Source: Candidatus Saccharimonadota bacterium (GTDB lineage: Bacteria > Patescibacteriota > Saccharimonadia > Saccharimonadales > DTSZ01). From it: a DNA stretch of 64,000 nt. Numbering within the stretch: the first letter of the stretch is position 1; each line of letters begins with the position of its first letter. Below the pieces are notes generated by a model that did no database searches, was not told where the DNA came from, and saw only the letters and a program-made list of their open reading frames with translations. The stretch covers positions 6,607 to 70,606 of the forward strand of contig DTSZ01000001.1 of NCBI GenBank assembly GCA_012965045.1. The letters run 5' to 3'. This document shows positions 47,597 through 56,836 of this stretch, one piece after another. Position numbers and translations under genes: made by a program.

Positions 47597-48838
47597 ATGC
47601 GATATTCAAAACTGTTCAGTAAAACTCAAAAGAATTCTCCAGCTGACGAGGTATCAAAAAATGCTCAGCTATTAATGCGGGCAGGCTTTATACATAAGGA
47701 GATGGCTGGGGTGTACGCGTATCTACCGCTCGGAATTAGAGTCGTTGAAAAAATAAAACAGATTGTTCGCGAAGAAATGAACGCCATCGATAGCACTGAG
47801 CTAATAATGACTAATCTACAGCGGCCAGACATTTGGGAGCAAACCGATCGTTGGGATGATGAGAATGTCGACGTCTGGTTTAAGACAAAGCTTCAAGACG
47901 GAACCGACCTTGGTTTAGCGTGGTCGCACGAAGAGCCAATTTTAGAGATGATGCGACAGCATGTAGTCAGCTATAAAGATCTTCCAGTTAGCGTGTACCA
48001 ATTTCAAACTAAACTGCGTAATGAACTGCGAGCTAAAAGCGGCATAATGCGCGGCCGGGAGTTCGTGATGAAAGATATGTACTCCCTGCATTCCTCACAA
48101 GAAGACATGGATCGCTACTATGACTCTACAATTGAAGCCTACAAAAAGATTTACGACCGCCTAGGTATTGGTCAAGAAACCTTTGTTACATTTGCCAGCG
48201 GCGGCGCCTTCACTAAATTCAGCCATGAATTCCAGACGATTTGTCCTGCTGGAGAAGACACACTGTACGTCAATGAAGATAAAACTGTAGCGGTCAACGA
48301 AGAGGTGCTCGACGATGCTACAAAAGAAATTGGTGTAGATAAAACAACGCTTAAAGCGGTAACAACAGCGGAAGTTGGGAATATTTTTAAGTTTGGAACC
48401 GAAAAATCCGAAAAATTGAATATAAATTTTACTGATACAGATGGCACACAAAAACCAGTCTTTTTAGCGTCATACGGGGTCGGAATTACTCGAGTGATGG
48501 GTGTTATCGTTGAAAAATATGCCGACGAACATGGCATGGTCTGGCCAGAACAAGTAGCACCTTTTGCAGTGCACCTAGTCTCAATTGGAGACAAAGGACA
48601 AACTCAAGCCGAAAGTCTTTATTCGCAGCTTACAGAGTTGGGTATAGAGGTGTTTTATGACGACAGAGAGGTATCACCCGGCCAAAAACTTGGTGATGCT
48701 GATTTAATGGGTATGCCGCATAGGGTTGTAGCCAGCAATAAGACGGCAGAAAAGAATAGCTTTGAATATAAGGCTCGGACAGATAACGAATCGGCTATGG
48801 TGAGCTACGAACAAATACTTGAAAAACTCACTAAATAA
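47597..48838 (+). CDS. proS: Prolyl-tRNA synthetase, minimal bacterial-type form lacking the INS editing domain (414 aa)
   Basis: The class II motifs FRNELRAKSGIMRGREF and GVGITR are present, together with a C-terminal anticodon-binding domain. Only about 40 aa lie between motifs 2 and 3. The start is trimmed to MRYSKLF.. (47597, preceded by taaggagg), because the track ORF start at 47513 overlaps the CPBP gene. Confidence 0.85.
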   Translation: MRYSKLFSKTQKNSPADEVSKNAQLLMRAGFIHKEMAGVYAYLPLGIRVVEKIKQIVREEMNAIDSTELIMTNLQRPDIWEQTDRWDDENVDVWFKTKLQDGTDLGLAWSHEEPILEMMRQHVVSYKDLPVSVYQFQTKLRNELRAKSGIMRGREFVMKDMYSLHSSQEDMDRYYDSTIEAYKKIYDRLGIGQETFVTFASGGAFTKFSHEFQTICPAGEDTLYVNEDKTVAVNEEVLDDATKEIGVDKTTLKAVTTAEVGNIFKFGTEKSEKLNINFTDTDGTQKPVFLASYGVGITRVMGVIVEKYADEHGMVWPEQVAPFAVHLVSIGDKGQTQAESLYSQLTELGIEVFYDDREVSPGQKLGDADLMGMPHRVVASNKTAEKNSFEYKARTDNESAMVSYEQILEKLTK

Positions 48839-48900
48839 CAAATTTCACAACAAGCTTGCGCTAGACGCCAGTAACTGATTCAACGTACACTTACATACAG

Positions 48901-49941
48901 ATGGTAGCGAGGGACTTTGGGCGGTATGTAGCTCACGATATCGGCATTGATTTAGGTACGGCAAATACGCTGGTGACTGTTAAGGGCCACGGAATAATAA
49001 TTAACGAGCCGTCCGTGGTCGCAATTCATAAATCGACAAAAAAAGTAGTCGCAATCGGCGAACGAGCCAAGAAAATGATCGGAAAAACTCCCGACGATAT
49101 ACTTGCAGCTCGTCCACTCGTAGATGGCGTAGTCAGCGACTTTGAAATAACCGAACAAATGCTTAAATATTTCGTTGATAAAGTTCATCAACTCCAGCGT
49201 GTTGCCTGGAATCGCCCCAGGATAGTAGTTGGGTTGCCAAGTGGGGTGACGGAAGTTGAAAAACGCGCAGTTGAAGAGGCGGCCAGGAGTGCCGGGGCTC
49301 GAAAAAGTTATTTAATTGAAGAGCCCATGGCAGCAGCGATAGGTGTTGGTCTGCCAGTTAAGGAAGCCGAAGGTAGCATGATTGTTGATATCGGCGGCGG
49401 CACAACTGAAGTTGCCGTCATGTCACTTGGTGGAATTGTAGTGTCGCGAAGCTTGCGAATTGCTGGCGATGAATTAAGCGAAGTCATAATGAGGCTGGTG
49501 CGCGAAGATTTTAATCTACATATTGGTGAAACAACGGCCGAACGAATAAAGATTGAGATAGGCGCAGTGCACCACGATCAAGACCGTAAATCTATGGAAG
49601 TTCGGGGTCGCAACATTTTGTCCGGCCTGCCACAGTCGATTAACTTGAGCACAGAAAATGTTCGCATGGCGCTGTCAAAAGAAGTCCGACCAATTGTTGA
49701 AGCTGTCCGAACAACATTAGAAGAATCACCACCAGAACTTGTAGCAGATATTTATAAAAATGGCATTGTTTTAGCGGGTGGTGGGGCTTTATTGCGCGGC
49801 TTAGCGAACCAAATTGAATATGAAACACGTGTAAAAACCCGGGCCGCCGACAACGCGCTAACAGCCGTTGTTGAGGGTTGTGGACTAGTGTTAAACGAAC
49901 TCGATAGTCTAAAAGAAGTATTAGTTAGATCGGAGTATTAG
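48901..49941 (+). CDS. mreB: Rod-shape-determining protein MreB
   Basis: The actin-fold motifs GIDLGTANT, DIGGGTTEVA and GIVLAGGGA are present. Confidence 0.9.
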   Translation: MVARDFGRYVAHDIGIDLGTANTLVTVKGHGIIINEPSVVAIHKSTKKVVAIGERAKKMIGKTPDDILAARPLVDGVVSDFEITEQMLKYFVDKVHQLQRVAWNRPRIVVGLPSGVTEVEKRAVEEAARSAGARKSYLIEEPMAAAIGVGLPVKEAEGSMIVDIGGGTTEVAVMSLGGIVVSRSLRIAGDELSEVIMRLVREDFNLHIGETTAERIKIEIGAVHHDQDRKSMEVRGRNILSGLPQSINLSTENVRMALSKEVRPIVEAVRTTLEESPPELVADIYKNGIVLAGGGALLRGLANQIEYETRVKTRAADNALTAVVEGCGLVLNELDSLKEVLVRSEY

Positions 49942-49945
49942 CTAA

Positions 49946-50647
49946 GTGGTTGGGGAAAATCAGAAACAAATTCGGGTGGTAGTTTTTATTTTTGTGTTCA
50001 CGCTGAGTGTAGCACTAATGTCTGCGGCGCCAGTACGCGGATGGGTTGATATAATTTTGAGTCCATTGGAAAATCTTCTCACTATCAGTGCGGATGATTC
50101 AGTGAATGACCCTGAGCTTTTGGCCGAGAACGAGACTTTGATTGCGCGAATTACTGAGCTTGAACAAGAAGCTCGGGCCACTAAGGAGAGCGCAATTCTG
50201 GCCGAAGTCATTAGTTTTTCAGCCGACCCGTACGAACGGCGAGTCATTTTAAATAAAGGCAGTCTGAGCGGGATCAAAAAAGGCCAAGCCGTCCTGGCTA
50301 GTAACAGTTTTATCGGTATTGTCAGTGACACCCAAGAGCGACGAGCGGTGGTCCAGTTATTGAACGATCCTCAGTTTAAGGCGATTGCCAAAACTAAGGC
50401 TGGCACAGAAGGTTTGTTGTTCGGTCAGTTTGGCGCAATTACAATGACTCGAATACCCAAAGACGCAGCTATTTCTGTAGGCGATAGTATTTTTACTGTT
50501 GGGGAGGCGGGCACCGTCCGGTCTGGTTTGTTTGTAGGCAAAGTACGGGAATTACAGCCGGACAGTAGATTATTACAAACTGCCTTTATTGAACCAGTGG
50601 TGTCGCTCAATGATATACGCGCCGTTAGCGTATTAAAGGATAATTAG
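49946..50647 (+). CDS. mreC: Rod-shape-determining protein MreC (GTG start)
   Basis: The protein has an N-terminal TM segment, a coiled-coil (LLAENETLIARITELEQE) and a beta-rich C-terminal domain. It sits between mreB and the mreD-like gene. Confidence 0.75.
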   Translation: MVGENQKQIRVVVFIFVFTLSVALMSAAPVRGWVDIILSPLENLLTISADDSVNDPELLAENETLIARITELEQEARATKESAILAEVISFSADPYERRVILNKGSLSGIKKGQAVLASNSFIGIVSDTQERRAVVQLLNDPQFKAIAKTKAGTEGLLFGQFGAITMTRIPKDAAISVGDSIFTVGEAGTVRSGLFVGKVRELQPDSRLLQTAFIEPVVSLNDIRAVSVLKDN

Positions 50648-51082
50648 GTGCTTATAGTAGCTTGGCTTACATTTTGGTTGGGCATCGTATTTTCGGGCTC
50701 GTTGTCTCTTATGCTAATTCCGTGGTTTGTTTTAGCAGTACTTTTATGCGCCACAGCAAAAAATCACTATACCTATGTTCATTGTGCGCTGATGGGGCTT
50801 ATTCAAGCGAGTTGGTTTGGGTTTGGGGCTGATATACTAAGTGTAAACATGATATGTATGGGGCTCGCATACTATAACCAACTTGAAAACGGGGTGCGCG
50901 TATCACCGTTTATGCTAGCTGCAATCACGTGTCTCAGCCTGGAGTTGGGAACAGGGATTTTAGAAGTTAATGCTTCCATGCAATCGGCAGTAACTCTGAG
51001 TGTCGTGTATGTGTTTCGGGTTGTTCTGACGGCAATAGTGTTACGGTATTTTATCCGTAAAGTGCAGCTACAATATGTCTAG
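50648..51082 (+). CDS. mreD: MreD-like small polytopic membrane protein (GTG start)
   Basis: A 144-aa, very hydrophobic protein. The call rests on its position between mreC and the PBP2 gene, not on sequence motifs. Confidence 0.5.
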   Translation: MLIVAWLTFWLGIVFSGSLSLMLIPWFVLAVLLCATAKNHYTYVHCALMGLIQASWFGFGADILSVNMICMGLAYYNQLENGVRVSPFMLAAITCLSLELGTGILEVNASMQSAVTLSVVYVFRVVLTAIVLRYFIRKVQLQYV

Positions 51083-53015
51083 TTCACCATTTATTCGGGA
51101 TACTGGACGGATTGCTAAGGAACGATCGGTCCAGTTGAATTCCGTTCACACCACTAAAGCTAACTGGCTCGCTACTCACGACGCAGCACTCTTTAAACGC
51201 GACGTAAACCGCGGTGTTCAGCGACCAATAACTCTGTTGGTAGGGGCGTTTTTATTCATTGTTATTCTGAGTACATTTGCAGCACGACTATTTAGTTTGC
51301 AGGTTTCGGCTGGCACTGAATATTCTCAGTTGGCGAACGGAAACAGGATTCGTGAAAAAATAATATATGCTGAACGAGGTAATATTTTAGACCGCAACGG
51401 TGAAGTGCTAGCAAGGAATGTCGCAGGCTATCAAGTAACGATAGAACCACATAAATTACCCGAGGATAGCGATAGCAGAACAGCATTGTATACTCGCTTA
51501 GCGTCATATTTAGAAATCTCAGTTGACGAGATTAGGAAAAGAGCCGAGAGCGAAGGCCTAGATTATGTGTTGCCGATCGCTCTTGGTAAAAGTTTGGATC
51601 AAACTACGGCGCTACGGCTTGAAGTTGATCTAACATCTATCAGCGGGGTTAATTTAGAGCTTATTCCAATGCGCTACTACGAAAAAGACCTAGCTATGGC
51701 TCATGTTATTGGATATACCAGCCTAGCGAACCACGACGATTTACGCACACGCGATGACCTGGCCTTGGTTGATTATGTTGGCCGTGGTGGGGTAGAAGAG
51801 CAATATGATTCGGTTTTACGCGGCGAAAATGGCTACGAACGTTACGAAGTTGACGCGCTGGGAAAGCCGCTGAGGATCCTAGCTAGTAAGCAGCCCCAGG
51901 CTGGTAAAAATATTTACTTAACCATCGATAAAGGTTTACAAAAACAACTCTACGATCAGTTAACAAAAACAATCAACGAACTTGGTAAGCAGCGTGCCAG
52001 CGGCGTTATTGTAGGCCCACAGTCTGGTGATGTTCTGGCTATGGTCAGCTTGCCAACCTATGACAACAATTTGTTTTCTGGCGGCATTAGTTCAGCAGAA
52101 TTTAAAACGTTAGTTAATGACACGAACCAGCCACTTTATAATAAAGTCCTCTCAGGAACATATCCGACTGGATCTACCATAAAACCACTGGTTGCATCTG
52201 CAGGTCTTCAGGAAGGTAACATAGACATTAATACAACAGTTACTGACCGCGGTTCAATATATATTCCAAGTATTTATGATCCGTCTCAGGGCTTTACGTT
52301 CTACAGCTGGAACAGAGACGGCTTAGGTACGGTTAACGTGCAAAGCGCGATTGCCAAAAGCTCAAATATTTTCTTCTATAGTGTAGGTGGAGGTTTTGAG
52401 CACGTTACAGGCTTAGGAATAGAGAAACTAGCAGAATATTACAGCTATTTTGGGCTTGGCGAGTCCACGGGGATTGACCTACCGAATGAGTCGGTTGGGC
52501 TGGTGCCTACACCAACATGGAAGCAAGAAACCTTTGGGCAGACGTGGGTTCTTGGCGATACTTACAATACGTCAATTGGTCAGGGTGATCTACGTGCAAC
52601 ACCGCTACAGATGGCACTTGCAACGAATGCAGCTGCCACTGGTCAGCTAATGCAGCCGCGAGTGTTTTTACATGCAGAAGGCGAACAACCAGCAGATCCA
52701 ATCGTAAAACGAGACATTCCAGTGTCACAAGCAAATCGCGATATTGTCCGCGGGGGCATGAAAGACGCCATTTATAACGGAGCAAACTGTAGTTGTATTT
52801 TTGCAGGCGTTCCGGTGACATTTGCAGGAAAAACCGGCACTGCTCAAAACAAAGCCTTTAGAACTGACACGACACCAAATCATGGTTGGTTTACTTCGTT
52901 TGCGCCGTATGACAATCCGGAACTCGGCACAGTGATCCTTATCGAAGAATCTCAGACCAGCGGAAAGGTTGTACCACCAGCGGTGGAAACATATAAGTAC
53001 TATTTTAACCGTTAA
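51075..53015 (+). CDS. mrdA: Penicillin-binding protein 2 (class B transpeptidase)
   Basis: The three PBP motifs are present: SxxK as GSTIKP, SxN as KSSN, and KTG as AGKTGTA. The protein has an N-terminal TM anchor. Confidence 0.85.
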   Translation: MSSSPFIRDTGRIAKERSVQLNSVHTTKANWLATHDAALFKRDVNRGVQRPITLLVGAFLFIVILSTFAARLFSLQVSAGTEYSQLANGNRIREKIIYAERGNILDRNGEVLARNVAGYQVTIEPHKLPEDSDSRTALYTRLASYLEISVDEIRKRAESEGLDYVLPIALGKSLDQTTALRLEVDLTSISGVNLELIPMRYYEKDLAMAHVIGYTSLANHDDLRTRDDLALVDYVGRGGVEEQYDSVLRGENGYERYEVDALGKPLRILASKQPQAGKNIYLTIDKGLQKQLYDQLTKTINELGKQRASGVIVGPQSGDVLAMVSLPTYDNNLFSGGISSAEFKTLVNDTNQPLYNKVLSGTYPTGSTIKPLVASAGLQEGNIDINTTVTDRGSIYIPSIYDPSQGFTFYSWNRDGLGTVNVQSAIAKSSNIFFYSVGGGFEHVTGLGIEKLAEYYSYFGLGESTGIDLPNESVGLVPTPTWKQETFGQTWVLGDTYNTSIGQGDLRATPLQMALATNAAATGQLMQPRVFLHAEGEQPADPIVKRDIPVSQANRDIVRGGMKDAIYNGANCSCIFAGVPVTFAGKTGTAQNKAFRTDTTPNHGWFTSFAPYDNPELGTVILIEESQTSGKVVPPAVETYKYYFNR

Positions 53016-53033
53016 GTTTTTATGCTTTTTAAT

Positions 53034-53061
53034 TTGACTGCGTCCATGGCTTTGCTAAAAT
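53034..53061 (+). promoter_or_regulatory. Candidate promoter for greA-lysS (TTGACT-N16-TAAAAT)
   Basis: TTGACT lies at 53034-53039 and TAAAAT at 53056-53061. Confidence 0.35.
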
Positions 53062-53126
53062 CATTGAAACCACAAATTTCCAAAAAAATATAGCAAACAG
53101 ACTAATCAGACAGGAATAGCAAAATC

Positions 53127-53585
53127 ATGAATAAAGACTACCAATTAACCCAAGAAGGTTATGACGAATTAAAACAAGAAGCGGACGAACTAATCAGCCG
53201 ACGAGGTGAATTAGCAGAAGCAATTAAGGTAGCGCGCGATCAAGGCGATTTAAGTGAAAACAGCGAATATCACGACGCCAAGGACGAACAAGGTCGGGTA
53301 GAGAGCCGAATATCTGAAATTAATCACATTTTAACTAATGCTAAGATTATCGAGACCTCAAAAAGCTCAGAAGTAGTGATTGGCTCGACTGTAACACTTG
53401 AAAATGAAAAGGGTAAAGAAGTTAAATACGCGGTTGTTTCGAGTGTTGAGGCAAATCCGCTCGAGCGAAAAATCTCTGATCAGTCACCGATTGGCAAGTC
53501 GTTACTTGGTCAAAAAATCGGTGATGCTGTTGCTGTAGAATTGCCAGCAGGCACAGTGAATTATAAGATTAAGGAAATTAGTTAA
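53127..53585 (+). CDS. greA: Transcription elongation factor GreA
   Basis: The coiled-coil N-terminus carries the acidic tip block DLSENSEYHDAKDEQ. The C-terminal domain shows ..ISDQSPIGKSLLGQKIGD. Confidence 0.9.
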   Translation: MNKDYQLTQEGYDELKQEADELISRRGELAEAIKVARDQGDLSENSEYHDAKDEQGRVESRISEINHILTNAKIIETSKSSEVVIGSTVTLENEKGKEVKYAVVSSVEANPLERKISDQSPIGKSLLGQKIGDAVAVELPAGTVNYKIKEIS

Positions 53586-53628
53586 TAAAAGTCGGCCTTT
53601 TGTCACAGTGGCCGAGAAAGGCCTATAG

Positions 53629-55569
53629 ATGGCAACCATCCAAGACTACCGAAACGAACAACTCGAAAAACTCGAAGCACTAAAAGCCAAAAGGATTAAT
53701 CCGTACCCAGCAACCAGCAGGCGCACGGTATCTGTAGAGGATATTCTTGGTAATTTTGATGTCCGTGAAGGCAACCAAGTTGTTGTGGCGGGCCGTGTTG
53801 TCTCAGTGCGTACTCATGGTCGGCTTAATTTTATCGACTTACAAGACGGTCTACATAAAATTCAACTGGTTTTTAAAGATGGTGAGGTGGTTGAAAACTA
53901 CGAAGACGGTAAACTCGCATTTAGCGACATTAACCTCCTTGCGCGCGGAGATTTTATTGAAGCAGCTGGTGCGGTAGGGAAGTCCAAAACTGGTCAAGAA
54001 AGTGTAATGGTTGCATGGTATGCAGTGCTAAGTAAAGTGTTGCGGCCGTTGCCCGACGAGCTGGTTGATAAAGAAGCACGGTTTAGGCGACGCTACTTAG
54101 ACATGGCTGTAAACAAAGAAGTGCGCGAGCGGTTTTTACGACGCAGCAAATTTTGGCAAGCCACCAGAAATTACTTAAATAAACGTCAGTTTGTAGAGGT
54201 AAATATTCCAGTGCTGGAGCACACCACCGGGGGCGCAGATGCAAAGCCATTTGTTACGCATATGGATGCGCTCGACCAGGATTATTTTTTGCGGATTAGC
54301 CACGAACTGCCCCTAAAACGACTGCTTGGAGCTGGTTTTGAGCGAGTGTATGACATTGGCCCGCGCTTTAGAAACGAACATATCAGTGACGAACATCTGC
54401 CAGAACACATTGCAATGGAGAGTTATGCGGCCTATCAAAACTATGAAGAGGCAATGGATTTTTACGAAAAAATGATTCAGTACGTTGCTCAAGAAACGTG
54501 GGGAACGCTGCAATTTGACGATGCGAACGGTTTTGCTGTTGATTTGTCTGGTAAATGGCCAGTTCGTAGCTATGCCGATGTTTTGCAAGAAGAATTTAAT
54601 GTTGATGTATTTAACCCCGATCGCCAACAACTACTGAAAATACTGAAAGACAATAACGTAGAACTTGAATCTGACGAGGTGAGTGTTGGCAGATTGATCG
54701 ATAACGTCTGGAAGATTATTCGGCGCAAAAGCGCTGGACCATATTGGCTTGTACATGAACCAGCTAGCATGTCACCACTTGCTAAAACCGACCCAGCAGA
54801 CCCACGGTTAGCCTTGCGGTTCCACCCAATTATCGCTGGAAGCGAACTTGGCAATGGCTTTGCGGAGCTCAATGACCCGCAAGAACAGCTAGCCCGATTT
54901 AAAGAGCAACAAGCTATGCGTGATGGTGGTGACGACGAAGCTCAGATGTTGGATATTGACTATGTTGAAATGCTCGAATATGGCATGCCAACTGCTTGTG
55001 GCTGGGGTAATTCAGAGCGTAACTTTTGGTTATTAGAAGGTGTCACAGCGCGAGAAGGAGTGCCGTTCCCACACATGCGTTTTGAAATTGATGATAATAC
55101 TAAAGAAATCTATGATCTAAATAATTCAAAAAATAATCGTGATAGAAAGCAGGATTTTTCTAAACGAGTTGTGATTGTGGTTGATAAACAGCTTGAAAAT
55201 TGGCAGATAGCCAATGCTGTCGGACACACAAGCGCATACCTGGGGAATCAGCTTTCAAAAGAAGATTTTGATACTGCAGATTATTTCATAACAAAGGATT
55301 CTGCCGAGTTACCAAGGAACTCACAGTACCCAATTATTATTAAACGCGCTGCCTCAAAAGATCTAAAAAAGCTATATATAAAACTGCAGTCTTCTCACTT
55401 AAAGCACCATGTATTTATCAAGGAGATGATCGACACAACTGACGATACAGAGATTGTTGAGAAACTCAGTAAGAAAACCCGTGAAGATTTAGTAATCTAC
55501 GGTATTGGTGTTTTCGGTCCGAATGGAGATGTGAATGAGCTGACGAAAAACTTCCAACTTTGGACTTAG
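53629..55569 (+). CDS. lysS: Lysyl-tRNA synthetase (class II) fused to a C-terminal ~162-aa PTH2/DUF2000-like domain
   Basis: The core (aa 1-484) has an OB anticodon-binding domain and class II motifs (..FRNEHISDEHLPEH.., ..GSELGNGFAELNDP.., ..EYGMPTACGWGNSER..), ending ..VPFPHMR. The extension (55081-55566) reads ..KRVVIVVDKQLENWQIANAVGHTSAYLG...LVIYGIGVFGPNGDVNELTKNFQLWT. Confidence 0.9.
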   Translation: MATIQDYRNEQLEKLEALKAKRINPYPATSRRTVSVEDILGNFDVREGNQVVVAGRVVSVRTHGRLNFIDLQDGLHKIQLVFKDGEVVENYEDGKLAFSDINLLARGDFIEAAGAVGKSKTGQESVMVAWYAVLSKVLRPLPDELVDKEARFRRRYLDMAVNKEVRERFLRRSKFWQATRNYLNKRQFVEVNIPVLEHTTGGADAKPFVTHMDALDQDYFLRISHELPLKRLLGAGFERVYDIGPRFRNEHISDEHLPEHIAMESYAAYQNYEEAMDFYEKMIQYVAQETWGTLQFDDANGFAVDLSGKWPVRSYADVLQEEFNVDVFNPDRQQLLKILKDNNVELESDEVSVGRLIDNVWKIIRRKSAGPYWLVHEPASMSPLAKTDPADPRLALRFHPIIAGSELGNGFAELNDPQEQLARFKEQQAMRDGGDDEAQMLDIDYVEMLEYGMPTACGWGNSERNFWLLEGVTAREGVPFPHMRFEIDDNTKEIYDLNNSKNNRDRKQDFSKRVVIVVDKQLENWQIANAVGHTSAYLGNQLSKEDFDTADYFITKDSAELPRNSQYPIIIKRAASKDLKKLYIKLQSSHLKHHVFIKEMIDTTDDTEIVEKLSKKTREDLVIYGIGVFGPNGDVNELTKNFQLWT

Positions 55570-56786
55570 CTTTTTAGTAGTCGTCTAATAGCAATATCAA
55601 AAGCTGCTTCTTTAAGGCTGATGTTGTTATCTTGAGAATATTTCCAAACAGCTTCGGTGGCAGGGGTTATTTGGTTCTGTAGTTTTTGCACTACATCATC
55701 GGCCGACCAGGATTCATTCAGTCGGTTTTGCATCCACTCAAAGTAGCTGACTATTACGCCACCGGCATTCGCCAGAACGTCTGGTATTACCACAATACCT
55801 TTATGTGTTAGGTAGTCGTAGGCTTCATCGGTTGTCGGCCCATTGGCCATTTCTACTGCTACCGTAGCTTTAATGGCGCCCATATTTTCTTTAGTCACAG
55901 AGTTTTCCAAAGCTGCAAGTACTAAAATGTCGCATTCGAGTTCTAGTATCTGGCCACCTTCCAATACCTCACCAAAATTACTGTCGGCTAGTTTCCCTCG
56001 ACCAGACTTGTATTTAGCTACAGCGGCAATGTCCAAACCATTCTGGTTAATGACAGCTCCGCTGGAGTCTGATATTGCAATAACGCTCCAGCCTAATTCA
56101 TGCGCAACTTGGGCAAACCATATACCAACATTGCCAGCACCTTGCACAGCAACCGTCGGCTTTTTTGAGACGTCTCTGGACAGTGTGTCGAGTATGGTTT
56201 TTGTAACAATAACGCCGCCGCGTCCAGTGGCATCTTCGCGACCATGGCTGCCACCTTTACCGACAGATTTACCGGTGAATGTAGCTGGTGCTTGGGTGTT
56301 GGTGTGCTCTTGGTATTCGTGTAACATCCAGTCGATAATTTGAGCGTTGGTATTTACATCCGGAGCAGGAACGTCACGATCAGGACCAATTATCGGTGCT
56401 AACTTACGGGCGAACTGTCGAGCTAGAGACTCGAGCTCGTCAGCCGTTAGATCTTTGGGGTTTACGGCAATCCCGCCTTTGCCGCCGCCCATTGGAATAT
56501 CAACCAAGGAATTTTTAATTGACATAAGGGTCGCTAGTCCGGTCACTTCTTCAGCAGTAACATCAGGGTGGAATCGTAGCCCGCCTTTATACGGTCCGCG
56601 TGAATTGTCGTGCTGGGCGCGGTATGCATCGTAGACGACTGTTTCGCCGTTTTGTTTGCTGAGCGGCAACCGAAGATGAGCAACTAAGTCCGGCGCTAGT
56701 AAATGTTCTAAGTCCTCGTCACTTAATCCAAGTCGAGCTGCAGACTTTTTTATAATTTCGTGGGCATTTTGCAAGATAGTACTCAA
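55566..56786 (-). CDS. gdhA: Glutamate dehydrogenase (Glu/Leu/Phe/Val dehydrogenase family)
   Basis: KGGLRFHP and the catalytic-Lys region GGGKGG are present. The Rossmann motif is VQGAGNVG. Confidence 0.9.
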   Translation of the reverse strand: MSTILQNAHEIIKKSAARLGLSDEDLEHLLAPDLVAHLRLPLSKQNGETVVYDAYRAQHDNSRGPYKGGLRFHPDVTAEEVTGLATLMSIKNSLVDIPMGGGKGGIAVNPKDLTADELESLARQFARKLAPIIGPDRDVPAPDVNTNAQIIDWMLHEYQEHTNTQAPATFTGKSVGKGGSHGREDATGRGGVIVTKTILDTLSRDVSKKPTVAVQGAGNVGIWFAQVAHELGWSVIAISDSSGAVINQNGLDIAAVAKYKSGRGKLADSNFGEVLEGGQILELECDILVLAALENSVTKENMGAIKATVAVEMANGPTTDEAYDYLTHKGIVVIPDVLANAGGVIVSYFEWMQNRLNESWSADDVVQKLQNQITPATEAVWKYSQDNNISLKEAAFDIAIRRLLKS

Positions 56787-56836
56787 AGCGTGATCCTTAC
56801 TTTATAGCTAACAGTTTATACCTTATACTATCCTCC

